Source: Flavobacteriales bacterium
GTDB taxonomy: Bacteria; Bacteroidota; Bacteroidia; Flavobacteriales; BACL11
Assembly: GCA_018647945.1 (NCBI GenBank)
Contig: JABGSE010000041.1
Span: forward strand, 5,010 to 69,009
Direction: 5' to 3'
DNA length: 64,000 nt
This document shows positions 1-8,219 of this stretch, in pieces. A program made the position numbers and the translations under genes. Numbering within the stretch: position 1 is the first letter of the stretch; the number at the start of each line of letters is the position of its first letter. Below the pieces are notes generated by a model. It made no database searches. It was not told the DNA's origin and saw nothing but the letters and a program-made list of their open reading frames with translations.

Positions 1-147
1 CGCTAGATAAAAAATCAGAAGCCAGAAAATATAAAGATTTCTCCAGATGAAAAAAAATAGGAGTCAGCACAAACAATTTTTCCGTTAGTAAACATAATCC
101 TCTCGCAAATTAGCGCTCATCTTTCTACAACAGCAACAATCTTTTTG

Positions 148-155
148 TATTTTTG
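148..155 (+). promoter_or_regulatory. Bacteroidota-type -7 promoter box (TAnnTTTG) upstream of fabG
   Basis: TATTTTTG matches TAnnTTTG exactly. It ends 18 nt before the ATG at 174. Confidence 0.45.
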
Positions 156-173
156 AACATTAAAATGTAAACA

Positions 174-920
174 ATGAAATTATTAGAAGAAAAGACCGTA
201 ATTATTACCGGAGCTAGTAGAGGGATAGGAAAAGGTATTGCAGAAGTGTTTGCCGAGCATGGAGCAAATATTGCGTTTACTTACCGCTCATCAGAAGAAA
301 AAGCTAAGGATTTAGAGCAGGAACTTTCTGTAAACGGATGTATAGTAAAAGGATATAAGTCGGATGCATCTGATTTTGATGCTGCACAACAATTAGCGAC
401 AGATGTTTTAGAAGAATTCGGTTCTATTGATGTATTAGTAAACAATGCCGGGATTACAAAAGATGGTTTATTAATGCGTATGTCGGAAGAAGATTTTGAT
501 AGGGTAATGGACATTAATATGAAATCTGTTTTCAACATGACTAAAGCAGTATTGAAACCAATGCTGAAACAAAGAAAGGGATCTATTATTAATATGAGTT
601 CGGTAGTTGGTGTAAAAGGAAATGCCGGTCAGGCAAACTATTCTGCATCAAAAGCAGCAATTAACGGATTTACAAAATCTACTGCCTTGGAGTTAGGTTC
701 TCGTAATATTAGGTGTAATTCTATTGCTCCTGGTTTTATTGAAACAGAAATGACAGAAGCTTTAGGGGAAGATCAAGTAAACGAATGGAGAAATTCTATC
801 CCTTTAAAAAGAGGGGGTACTACTGAAGATATTGCAAATGTAACTTTGTTTTTAGCTTCCGATATGTCGGATTATGTTACAGGGCAAGTTATTAATGTTT
901 GTGGAGGGATGCTAACATAA
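174..920 (+). CDS. fabG: 3-oxoacyl-[acyl-carrier-protein] reductase (SDR family)
   Basis: 248-aa ORF with TGASRGIG Rossmann motif, NNAG and catalytic YSASKAA (YxxxK). Confidence 0.9.
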   Translation: MKLLEEKTVIITGASRGIGKGIAEVFAEHGANIAFTYRSSEEKAKDLEQELSVNGCIVKGYKSDASDFDAAQQLATDVLEEFGSIDVLVNNAGITKDGLLMRMSEEDFDRVMDINMKSVFNMTKAVLKPMLKQRKGSIINMSSVVGVKGNAGQANYSASKAAINGFTKSTALELGSRNIRCNSIAPGFIETEMTEALGEDQVNEWRNSIPLKRGGTTEDIANVTLFLASDMSDYVTGQVINVCGGMLT

Positions 921-924
921 ACTT

Positions 925-2958
925 ATGTTTGGTATTACAACAGAATTATCAATTTATTATAGCATAATCTGCATCCTTTTAGGTGTAGTTTATGCTTATT
1001 TTTTATACCGAAAAAATAATTTTGAAAGTAAAACACTTACTTCTGTATTGTTTGTGTTTCGTGCTCTGGTAGTTTCTGTTTTATCTTTTTTATTACTTAA
1101 TCCGCTTACTAATATTCTGGAAACAACAGAAGAAAAACCAATAGTTATCTTGGCACAAGATGCTTCTGTTTCTTGCCAAGAATCAGAGGATTTTATTAAA
1201 TTTACCAAATTACAACAATCTCTATCAGAGAATTTTGATGTATTTGTTTACAACTATTCTGATGAGTTGAGAGAGGGTTTTGTTTCAGAGAAAAAAGGAG
1301 TTTCTACTAATATTTCAAAATTGATGGATGAGGTAGATTTAAAATTTTCAGGAAGAAACTTGTTGGGAGTAGTATTAAGTTCGGATGGTTTGTATAATGA
1401 CGGTTCTAATCCTTTATATCATAAAATTTCAAAATCGATACCTTTTTACACTATTCCTCTAGGAGATACTTCTGTTATAAAAGATGTCAGAATTTCGGAT
1501 GTATTGCACAATGAAATTTCTTTTTTAGGAAACACTTCTCCCATAGAAGTTCAAATTCAGACCGAAAAATGTAGGGGAGAAAATATAACTGTAAAATTGT
1601 ATCATCAGTCCAAACTGATTGCTAGTAAAAAAGTAAAGGTAAAAACTGATAATGAATACATTAAAGTTCCTTTTGTAATTGAAAATAATTTTGTCGGCTT
1701 GCAGAAATACAGAGTTGAAGTTGGTTCTGTTTCTCAGGAAAATAACACAGCCAATAATTCTTACAAACTTTTTGTTGAGGTATTAGATTCTAGATACAAG
1801 ATTCTATTTCTTTCAGATGTTTCTCATCCTGATATCTCTGCAATAAAATCGGTTTTGGAAAAAAACAAAAATTATGAATTAGAGATTGAAAGCACTTCAG
1901 ATTTCACCAAAAATATTGAAAATTATAATTTAATAGTTCTCTTTCATCTTAATAGTCGTAAAACGAATGTTATAGAGAAAATAAAGGAAAGTGATGTTTC
2001 TTTATTGATGATTTCAAACTCTATAAATACTTCTTTAATCTCCCAAATTTACAATGGTTTTTCTGTGAGAGGAAAAAGTAAAAGTCAGGAAATTACAACA
2101 GAAATGAATACAACTTTTTCAAAGTTCAGTATTTCTCCTTCACTCAGAAACTATATTCAGAACTTACCTCCATTACATTCTCCTTTCGGAACTTATAATT
2201 ATCCTGCTTCTGCAGAGGTTTTGTTGTATCAGAAAATCGGAATGTACACAACTGAAAAACCTTTTGTTTTATTGGATCAATCTCAAAACAGAAAAATAGG
2301 ATTAATACTAGGAGAGGGATTGTGGAAATGGAAAATAAATGATAGAAAAGAAGGAGAATTTCACAAAAATTTTGAGGAGTTAATTTCAAAAATCACTCAA
2401 TATTTGCTAATAAATGAAGATAAAAGTAGATTCAGAATATTTCATGATAAAAAAATATTAGAAGGAAAGAGTATTGTTTTTAAAGCGGAATATTACAATG
2501 AAAATTATGAGTTAACTAATACTAAAGAAGTAAGCCAAAAAGTGTTTAATGAAAAAGGTGAGGAGTTCCGTTTTGTGTATTCAAAAAACCAAAATACTTA
2601 TTTTTTAGATTTAGGAAATCTTGCAGTAGGAACTTATACTTTTAAATCCGCTTATGCTGAAAATTTAGATGTAAAAGAAGGTTCTTTTACTGTTGTTCCG
2701 AAACAATTGGAAGGAAATATTATCAGGGCAAATCATCAAATTCTATATCAACTTTCCAAGGAAAGCAATGCTGTTATGTTTCCAGAGTTTAACATTGAAA
2801 ATATTATAAATCAATTTAATGAAAGTCCATTAAATAAAACAGTACTTCATACAAGTAAAAAAACGACTTCTGTAATTAATAAAAGTTGGATTTTAATTTT
2901 ACTTCTTTCTTTATTGAGCGGAGAATGGTTCGCAAGAAAGTTTAACGGATTTTATTAA
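925..2958 (+). CDS. membrane protein, vWA/BatA-like topology; function unknown
   Basis: 677 aa. N-terminal TM helix (YYSIICILLGVVYAYFLY) is followed by a DxSxS-like string (VILAQDASVS). C-terminal TM anchor is WILILLLSLLSGEWFARK. Starts 4 nt after the fabG stop. Confidence 0.55.
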   Translation: MFGITTELSIYYSIICILLGVVYAYFLYRKNNFESKTLTSVLFVFRALVVSVLSFLLLNPLTNILETTEEKPIVILAQDASVSCQESEDFIKFTKLQQSLSENFDVFVYNYSDELREGFVSEKKGVSTNISKLMDEVDLKFSGRNLLGVVLSSDGLYNDGSNPLYHKISKSIPFYTIPLGDTSVIKDVRISDVLHNEISFLGNTSPIEVQIQTEKCRGENITVKLYHQSKLIASKKVKVKTDNEYIKVPFVIENNFVGLQKYRVEVGSVSQENNTANNSYKLFVEVLDSRYKILFLSDVSHPDISAIKSVLEKNKNYELEIESTSDFTKNIENYNLIVLFHLNSRKTNVIEKIKESDVSLLMISNSINTSLISQIYNGFSVRGKSKSQEITTEMNTTFSKFSISPSLRNYIQNLPPLHSPFGTYNYPASAEVLLYQKIGMYTTEKPFVLLDQSQNRKIGLILGEGLWKWKINDRKEGEFHKNFEELISKITQYLLINEDKSRFRIFHDKKILEGKSIVFKAEYYNENYELTNTKEVSQKVFNEKGEEFRFVYSKNQNTYFLDLGNLAVGTYTFKSAYAENLDVKEGSFTVVPKQLEGNIIRANHQILYQLSKESNAVMFPEFNIENIINQFNESPLNKTVLHTSKKTTSVINKSWILILLLSLLSGEWFARKFNGFY

Positions 2959-3443
2959 TTATTCCCTTGAAATTCTTGAATCTTTTTAGCAGTTAACTGA
3001 ATTGCTAAACATTCATTTGGAAATGTTTGCTGACTAGAATTAAACCAAATAAAACCAGTTTCATCAACTGCTTCCCACTCAAAAGTTGAGCTAGTTGCAA
3101 TTGACCAAAATAAAGTAGCGGTTGTAAAATATTCGTCAAGACAATTTGGAGCGTCCAATGTACCAATAAATCCATTATTATTATATTGGGACCCAATCAT
3201 ACTTCCATTTACATAGAATTTAATACTTTGCACTCCATTACTTCCTAAAAGAAATGCGGCATTTGGGTCTAAGTAAAAAACAATATCGGAACTGTAATCG
3301 CAACTGTTGTTGTCATAATCAGCTTGGTTATTATAGTTTATTGCGTCAGAATCCATACATCCTAAAACTGGCTCTTCACAGGAATTTATCACACAAGAAT
3401 TAAGTGTAAATAAAGCAATACTTATTAATAGTAAATTTCTCAT
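2955..3443 (-). CDS. small secreted lipoprotein carrying the 20-aa Cys-bounded module
   Basis: I moved the start to the ATG at 3443 (MRNLLLISIALFTLNSC, lipobox-like signal). The longer track ORF would overlap comEC. Module GCMDSDAINYNNQADYDNNSC lies at 3300-3359. Confidence 0.65.
   Translation of the reverse strand: MRNLLLISIALFTLNSCVINSCEEPVLGCMDSDAINYNNQADYDNNSCDYSSDIVFYLDPNAAFLLGSNGVQSIKFYVNGSMIGSQYNNNGFIGTLDAPNCLDEYFTTATLFWSIATSSTFEWEAVDETGFIWFNSSQQTFPNECLAIQLTAKKIQEFQGNN
3300..3359 (-). other. 20-aa Cys-to-Cys module, copy 1 (CMDSDAINYNNQADYDNNSC)
   Basis: Direct translation of the minus strand. Same pattern as copies at 16095-16154, 57404-57463 and 57482-57541. Confidence 0.7.
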
Positions 3444-3468
3444 TTTATTTTTATAATTTAGTTGACCA

Positions 3469-3476
3469 CAAATATA
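3469..3476 (-). promoter_or_regulatory. -7 promoter box (TATATTTG on minus strand) for the 2955..3443 lipoprotein gene
   Basis: Plus-strand CAAATATA is the reverse complement of TATATTTG. It lies 25 nt upstream of the ATG at 3443. Confidence 0.4.
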
Positions 3477-3482
3477 CAAAAA

Positions 3483-5555
3483 ATGAATGATTGGAACCAA
3501 CTTCCGCTTTTTCGTTTAATAATTCCATTTATTTTAGGAGTATTAACAGAAATATTTTTTTCTATTCAGTTTAATTTTATTCTGATTGGAGTTTGTATTT
3601 CTGCTTGTATGTTGCTTTTTTCTGCTTGGAAAAATACCTTTAAATGGAACTTTATTTTTGGAGCTTCAACTTATTTAATCTTTTATTTATTAGCTATTTT
3701 ACTGACTAATACTATAAATCCATTAAACGATAAAGTACATTATTCTCTTTTCGAATCAAAATATTATGAAGTAAAATTATTAGAAGATATTGTAGAAAAA
3801 CCTAATTCCATAAAAGCAGAAGTAGAAGTTAAATTTTGTTTTGTAAAAGGAGAGAAAATACAATCTTCCGGTAAAATAATTCTCTATTTTCAGAAAAATT
3901 TTGCTGTTGAGTCACTCATTTATGGAGATCATATTTTAATCAATACAAATTTTCAAGAAATTGATTTACCAACAAATCCTTCACAATTTAATTACAAACA
4001 ATACCTTGAAAATAATGGGATTTTTCATCAAGCATATTTAATAACAGATAAATGGAAAAAGACAAATGTCAACACTGGGATTTGGGTAAAGAAATTGGCC
4101 TTAAAATTAAGAAGAGATGCTTTGGATTTGTTAAGAAATAATTCATTTTCTGATAAAGAACTTTCTGTTGCATCTGCTCTTTTACTAGGTAAAAAAGATT
4201 TGTTGGACAGAGAAACAATTTTGACTTATTCAAGTTCGGGAGCCATGCATGTTTTGGCCGTTTCTGGTTTGCATGTTGGAATTATTTATCTTGCATTTTT
4301 TTACTTGTTTTTCTTTTTTGATAAATGGAAATATGGGAAATATATTAAAGCAATTTTATTAATTATTATTTTGTGGGGATATGCACTTTTTACTGGTTTA
4401 TCTCCTTCAGTGTTGCGAGCGGCTACCATGTTTTCATTTATCATAATTGGAGGAGTGTTAAAGAGGAAAACAAATATTTACAACACTCTTGCTGCATCAG
4501 CATTCCTGCTGATTATTTTGAATCCAACTATTATTATGAAAGTAGGATTTCAACTGTCATATATTGCAGTTATTGGGATTGTCTATTTACAAGGAAAACT
4601 ATATAAACTCTTTTATTTCCGAAATTGGTTTTTAGATAAAATTTGGGTGATTACTACTGTTTCAATAGCTGCTCAAATTGCAACATTTCCACTTGGAATG
4701 TATTATTTTCATCAGTTTCCAAACTATTTTTTACTCTCTAATTTATTTGTTATTCCACTTGCAACTCTTATTCTGAATATTGCATTACTTCTATTTTCTA
4801 CTGCTTTTGTCCCATTATTTTCAGAGTATATTGCAATTGTTTTAAGGAAATTAGTTGAGTTATTGAACACTTCAGTAATTTGGGTAGATAGTCTCCCAAA
4901 TTCTTTAACCTTAGGAATCGATATTAGCTTTTTGGAATGTCTTTTTATTTACTTTTTTCTGATTTTTTTTGTAATTTCTATTTCAAATAAAAAGTTTAGA
5001 ATTATTCAATTCTCTGTTGTGTTAATGACGCTCTTTATGAGTTTTCAAATTAAAGAAATGAAAGAAATTTATTCTCAAAAAATGATGGTTGTTTATGACA
5101 TAAAGGATTTTACTGCAATCGATTTTTTTGATGGAGAGAAATGTTATTTTTTATCGGAAGTTGATTTAATAAATGATGAAAATAAAGTGAGATTTAACAT
5201 ACAACACCATAGATGGGAGAAAAACATTGAGGATGTAATTATTGTCTCAAAAAATATTCGTGTGGATAATTTCAGAAAACACAATGATGTTACACAGTTT
5301 TTTAGTCACACTATATTTTTCCCTAAATCTGACGTAAAATTTATAGATAAAACTCATTTTAATTTTGTAATTATAAGTAAGGAATTTGATTATTCATTAG
5401 ATAATTTATTTAAAGAAATATCCTCTGATTTAGTTATTTTAGATTCATCCTTATCCTTTTACAAGAGGAAAGAAACTCTAAGTTTTTTTAAAGAAAATGG
5501 AATCAAATATTATGATGTGAAAGAGAGGGGAGCCTTTGTAATAAACTTAAATTAA
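3483..5555 (+). CDS. comEC: ComEC/Rec2 family DNA-uptake channel protein
   Basis: Polytopic membrane protein with the family signature SGAMHVLAVSGLHVGI. ATG at 3483 is preferred over the track start at 3462. The C-terminal ~190 aa lack an HxHxDH metallo-beta-lactamase motif. Confidence 0.85.
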   Translation: MNDWNQLPLFRLIIPFILGVLTEIFFSIQFNFILIGVCISACMLLFSAWKNTFKWNFIFGASTYLIFYLLAILLTNTINPLNDKVHYSLFESKYYEVKLLEDIVEKPNSIKAEVEVKFCFVKGEKIQSSGKIILYFQKNFAVESLIYGDHILINTNFQEIDLPTNPSQFNYKQYLENNGIFHQAYLITDKWKKTNVNTGIWVKKLALKLRRDALDLLRNNSFSDKELSVASALLLGKKDLLDRETILTYSSSGAMHVLAVSGLHVGIIYLAFFYLFFFFDKWKYGKYIKAILLIIILWGYALFTGLSPSVLRAATMFSFIIIGGVLKRKTNIYNTLAASAFLLIILNPTIIMKVGFQLSYIAVIGIVYLQGKLYKLFYFRNWFLDKIWVITTVSIAAQIATFPLGMYYFHQFPNYFLLSNLFVIPLATLILNIALLLFSTAFVPLFSEYIAIVLRKLVELLNTSVIWVDSLPNSLTLGIDISFLECLFIYFFLIFFVISISNKKFRIIQFSVVLMTLFMSFQIKEMKEIYSQKMMVVYDIKDFTAIDFFDGEKCYFLSEVDLINDENKVRFNIQHHRWEKNIEDVIIVSKNIRVDNFRKHNDVTQFFSHTIFFPKSDVKFIDKTHFNFVIISKEFDYSLDNLFKEISSDLVILDSSLSFYKRKETLSFFKENGIKYYDVKERGAFVINLN

Positions 5556-5562
5556 ATATATG

Positions 5563-5570
5563 TATTTTTG
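5563..5570 (+). promoter_or_regulatory. -7 promoter box (TATTTTTG) upstream of pdxH
   Basis: Exact TAnnTTTG. It overlaps the TTG start used by the ORF track, which supports the ATG at 5589 as the real start. Confidence 0.45.
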
Positions 5571-5588
5571 TTTTCAGAAACCGAAAAT

Positions 5589-6230
5589 ATGTCATTCAAT
5601 AAAATAGATGAAATAAGAGAAGATTTTGAGAAATCAAAAATTGATTTTACAAATTTGCCAGATAGTCCAATGGATCTGTTTTCCAATTGGTTTTCTCAAG
5701 CTTTGGATGCTGATAAGGACAATGCAATTTCATTTGTTTTGTCTACTGTTTCTCAGGAAAATATTCCTTCCTCAAGAGTTTTGTTAATGAGGAAAGTGGA
5801 TGAAAATGGTTTTACATTTTTCACAAATTACGATAGTTCAAAATCAAAAGATATAGAAAATAATCATTTTGTTTCTATTAACTTTTTTTGGAATAAGTTG
5901 GAAAAACAAATCCGAATTATCGGTAAAGCAATTAAAGTTCCTGCGGAAGATTCGGATACTTATTTTAATAGCCGTCCAGAAAATAGTAAAATTGGAGCTG
6001 TAATTTCTAATCAAAGTTCAATTATTGATTTTAATTTAGATTTTGAAGAATTGATTTCGGAACTAGATTTAGAAAAACAAGCAATTGAAAGACCAAAAAA
6101 TTGGGGAGGGTATAAGGTGATTCCAACAAAAATTGAGTTTTGGCAAGGAAGACCATCTCGCTTACACGATAGAGTGTTGTATGTTAAAACTGATGAAAAT
6201 AATTGGAAAAAAGAAAGGTTAGCCCCTTAG
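5589..6230 (+). CDS. pdxH: pyridoxamine 5'-phosphate oxidase
   Basis: RVLLMRKVDENGFTFFTNYDSSKSKD and the C-terminal IEFWQGRPSRLHDRVLY are typical PdxH strings. Confidence 0.9.
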   Translation: MSFNKIDEIREDFEKSKIDFTNLPDSPMDLFSNWFSQALDADKDNAISFVLSTVSQENIPSSRVLLMRKVDENGFTFFTNYDSSKSKDIENNHFVSINFFWNKLEKQIRIIGKAIKVPAEDSDTYFNSRPENSKIGAVISNQSSIIDFNLDFEELISELDLEKQAIERPKNWGGYKVIPTKIEFWQGRPSRLHDRVLYVKTDENNWKKERLAP

Positions 6231-6265
6231 GACTAACCTCTCACTTTCGTATCAAAAAATGTCTG

Positions 6266-6484
6266 TTAAGATTTTTTCTTTGTTGTTTTCTTAGATGTAC
6301 TTTTCTTTTTTACAACTGTTTTTTTAGTTTCTTTTACTTCTTCTGTTAAAGCAGTTTCTTCTACTACTACAACTTTTTTCGGTTTTGAAATATATTTTTC
6401 AACCTCAATTTTTCTAGGTCTTAATATTCCGTAAGATCTTGAAAATCTCTTCCCTTTTTTAGTTTTTTTATCACCTCTTCCCAT
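6266..6484 (-). CDS. 30S ribosomal protein THX homolog with Lys-rich C-terminal extension
   Basis: N-terminus MGRGDKKTKKGKRFSRSYGILRPRK resembles THX (MGKGDRRTRRGK..YG..RPRK). The remaining ~45 aa are a K/T/V/E-rich tail. Confidence 0.6.
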   Translation of the reverse strand: MGRGDKKTKKGKRFSRSYGILRPRKIEVEKYISKPKKVVVVEETALTEEVKETKKTVVKKKSTSKKTTKKKS

Positions 6485-6508
6485 AGTTTATTTAATTTTT
6501 TTGAAATA

Positions 6509-6516
6509 CAAATATA
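6509..6516 (-). promoter_or_regulatory. -7 promoter box (TATATTTG on minus strand) for the THX gene
   Basis: Plus-strand CAAATATA, 24 nt upstream of the ATG at 6484. Confidence 0.4.
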
Positions 6517-6522
6517 GTGAAA

Positions 6523-7212
6523 TTATTTTTCATTTCTTCTAATCATAAAATCATCTTCTATTTTCTTTGCCGATTTTATACTATTTCGAATCCAATTTAA
6601 CATAATTTCATCTTTTTCTTCTTCCTTTATTTCCCAATCTATTTTCATTTCCCTCATTTTATTACTCAGATATTGAGTGCAAATTGCCGCTGAAACCGAA
6701 ATATTTAAACTCTCTGTAAAACCATACATATTAATTTTCATTTTTTTATCAGCCAAACTCAAAGCCTTTTCCGAAAGTCCTGAAATTTCAGTTCCCAATA
6801 AAATTGCAATTTTATTATTTTCAATATCTATTTCATCCAAAATTATATCGCTATTTTGTGGAGTAGTTGCTATAATTTGATATCCTTCTTCTTTTAATTT
6901 TTTTATACATTTTTCCGTATTATTTTCTTCAGAGTTGTATTGTTTTACGCTAATCCATTTACTCGCTCCTAATGAAACACTTTTATCTGCAATATAGTTA
7001 TTTTTATTTTCAATAATATGAACATCTTGAATTCCAAAACAGTCTGCAGACCTAATGGTAGCACTTATGTTTCTAGATTGGAAAACATCTTCCAAAACCA
7101 ATGTCAAATGACGGCTTCTCAGATTTATTTTTTCCTCAAGAAGTTCCAATCTTTCTTCCAAAACAAATTTGGAAAGATAGTTTATCAAATCTTTTGTTAA
7201 AGAATCTCCCAT
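6523..7212 (-). CDS. SpoU/TrmH family RNA 2'-O-methyltransferase
   Basis: 229 aa with SpoU motifs NISATIRSADCFG, ILLGTEISGLS and ESLNISVSAAI. Overlaps the fmt stop by 16 nt. Confidence 0.8.
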   Translation of the reverse strand: MGDSLTKDLINYLSKFVLEERLELLEEKINLRSRHLTLVLEDVFQSRNISATIRSADCFGIQDVHIIENKNNYIADKSVSLGASKWISVKQYNSEENNTEKCIKKLKEEGYQIIATTPQNSDIILDEIDIENNKIAILLGTEISGLSEKALSLADKKMKINMYGFTESLNISVSAAICTQYLSNKMREMKIDWEIKEEEKDEIMLNWIRNSIKSAKKIEDDFMIRRNEK

Positions 7213-8177
7213 TTTTCATTAATTTTGTTTCCCAACAAAAATTGTTTGATATTCATTGGATTTTTCCCGGAAATTTGTAGTTTTTTTATCAAAATACTAC
7301 CTTCTTTTAAATTTACTTTCAAGTAGGATTTGTTGTCACTTTCAATCTTCAAAATATTATTATTTGTTTCTGTATTGAATTCTGATAATAATAACTTTGT
7401 TCTAATTTCATTTCCATCAGGATTTTTAAAAGTAAACCATGCAGATGGACAAATGGAAACATCTTTTAATAATTCATTTTCTGATAATGATGGTGATAGT
7501 CCTCTAACTAAATTGTGTATTTCCAATGCGGATTTATCCCAGTTTATTTTCTGTATTTCCTTGGTGAGTTTTGGTGCTTCAGTAATCGATAAATCATTGT
7601 TTTGTGAAATAGGGTTGATGTTGTTTTTTTCAATATTAGTTATTGTTTTTACTAATAAATCAGAACCCTTATTCATTAGAATGTTATGAAGTTTGGCAGC
7701 GGTAGTATTTATATCTAACTCTACTTTTTCCTGAAAAAGAATCTCTCCACAATCAATTTTATCATCAATATAAAATGTTGTGATTCCTGTTTCTTTTTCA
7801 TTGTTTATCAATACCCTGTTTATTGGTGCCGCTCCTCTATAATTTGGAAGTAAAGATGTGTGTAAGTTTATTGTTCCTTTTTTAGGGATTGACCAAACAG
7901 ATTTTGGAAGCATCCTAAAAGCGACTACAACAAACAAATCTGCATTATAAGATTTTAATTTTTTTATAAATTCTTCATCCTTCAAATTCAGTGGAGTCAA
8001 TACTTCTATTCCTAATTCTTCTCCTTTTTGTTTTACTGCGGTAGAGATTATTTTTTTGCCTCTTCCTTTTTCTTTGTCAGGAGCGCTTACAATTGCCATA
8101 ATATTGTGATTTTCATTACATAAATCAATCAAATTTTGAGCTGCAAATCCAGGAGTTCCAAAAAATATAATATTCAT
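7197..8177 (-). CDS. fmt: methionyl-tRNA formyltransferase
   Basis: MNIIFFGTPGFA N-terminus and HTSLLPNYRGAAPINRVLIN motif. Confidence 0.9.
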   Translation of the reverse strand: MNIIFFGTPGFAAQNLIDLCNENHNIMAIVSAPDKEKGRGKKIISTAVKQKGEELGIEVLTPLNLKDEEFIKKLKSYNADLFVVVAFRMLPKSVWSIPKKGTINLHTSLLPNYRGAAPINRVLINNEKETGITTFYIDDKIDCGEILFQEKVELDINTTAAKLHNILMNKGSDLLVKTITNIEKNNINPISQNNDLSITEAPKLTKEIQKINWDKSALEIHNLVRGLSPSLSENELLKDVSICPSAWFTFKNPDGNEIRTKLLLSEFNTETNNNILKIESDNKSYLKVNLKEGSILIKKLQISGKNPMNIKQFLLGNKINEKWEIL

Positions 8178-8193
8178 AAATTTTCTTTTCAGG

Positions 8194-8201
8194 CAAATAT
8201 A
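8194..8201 (-). promoter_or_regulatory. -7 promoter box (TATATTTG on minus strand) for fmt
   Basis: Plus-strand CAAATATA, 16 nt upstream of the fmt ATG at 8177. Confidence 0.4.
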
Positions 8202-8219
8202 AAAGTTAGTAATGAGTTA

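Noticed and set aside
1-173. Possible 3' end of an upstream gene, or a 26-aa minus-strand ORF, at the left edge of the window.
   Set aside because: There is too little sequence to support any call. All three plus-strand frames hit stops within 50 nt.
281-538. 85-aa antisense ORF inside fabG, and similar antisense ORFs at 996-1208, 2144-2389 and 3005-3196.
   Set aside because: They are fully embedded opposite strongly supported CDS. The translations are low-complexity with no motifs, and there is no promoter box or independent start context.
3462-3482. N-terminal extensions given by the ORF track: comEC 3462, pdxH 5568, queE 21001, fur 26540, guaB 34696, MoxR 40263, exonuclease 43239 and lipoprotein 3500.
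   Set aside because: Most of these extensions begin at TTG codons read as Met. They overlap neighbouring genes, -7 promoter boxes or a terminator hairpin. Downstream ATGs give conventional N-termini.
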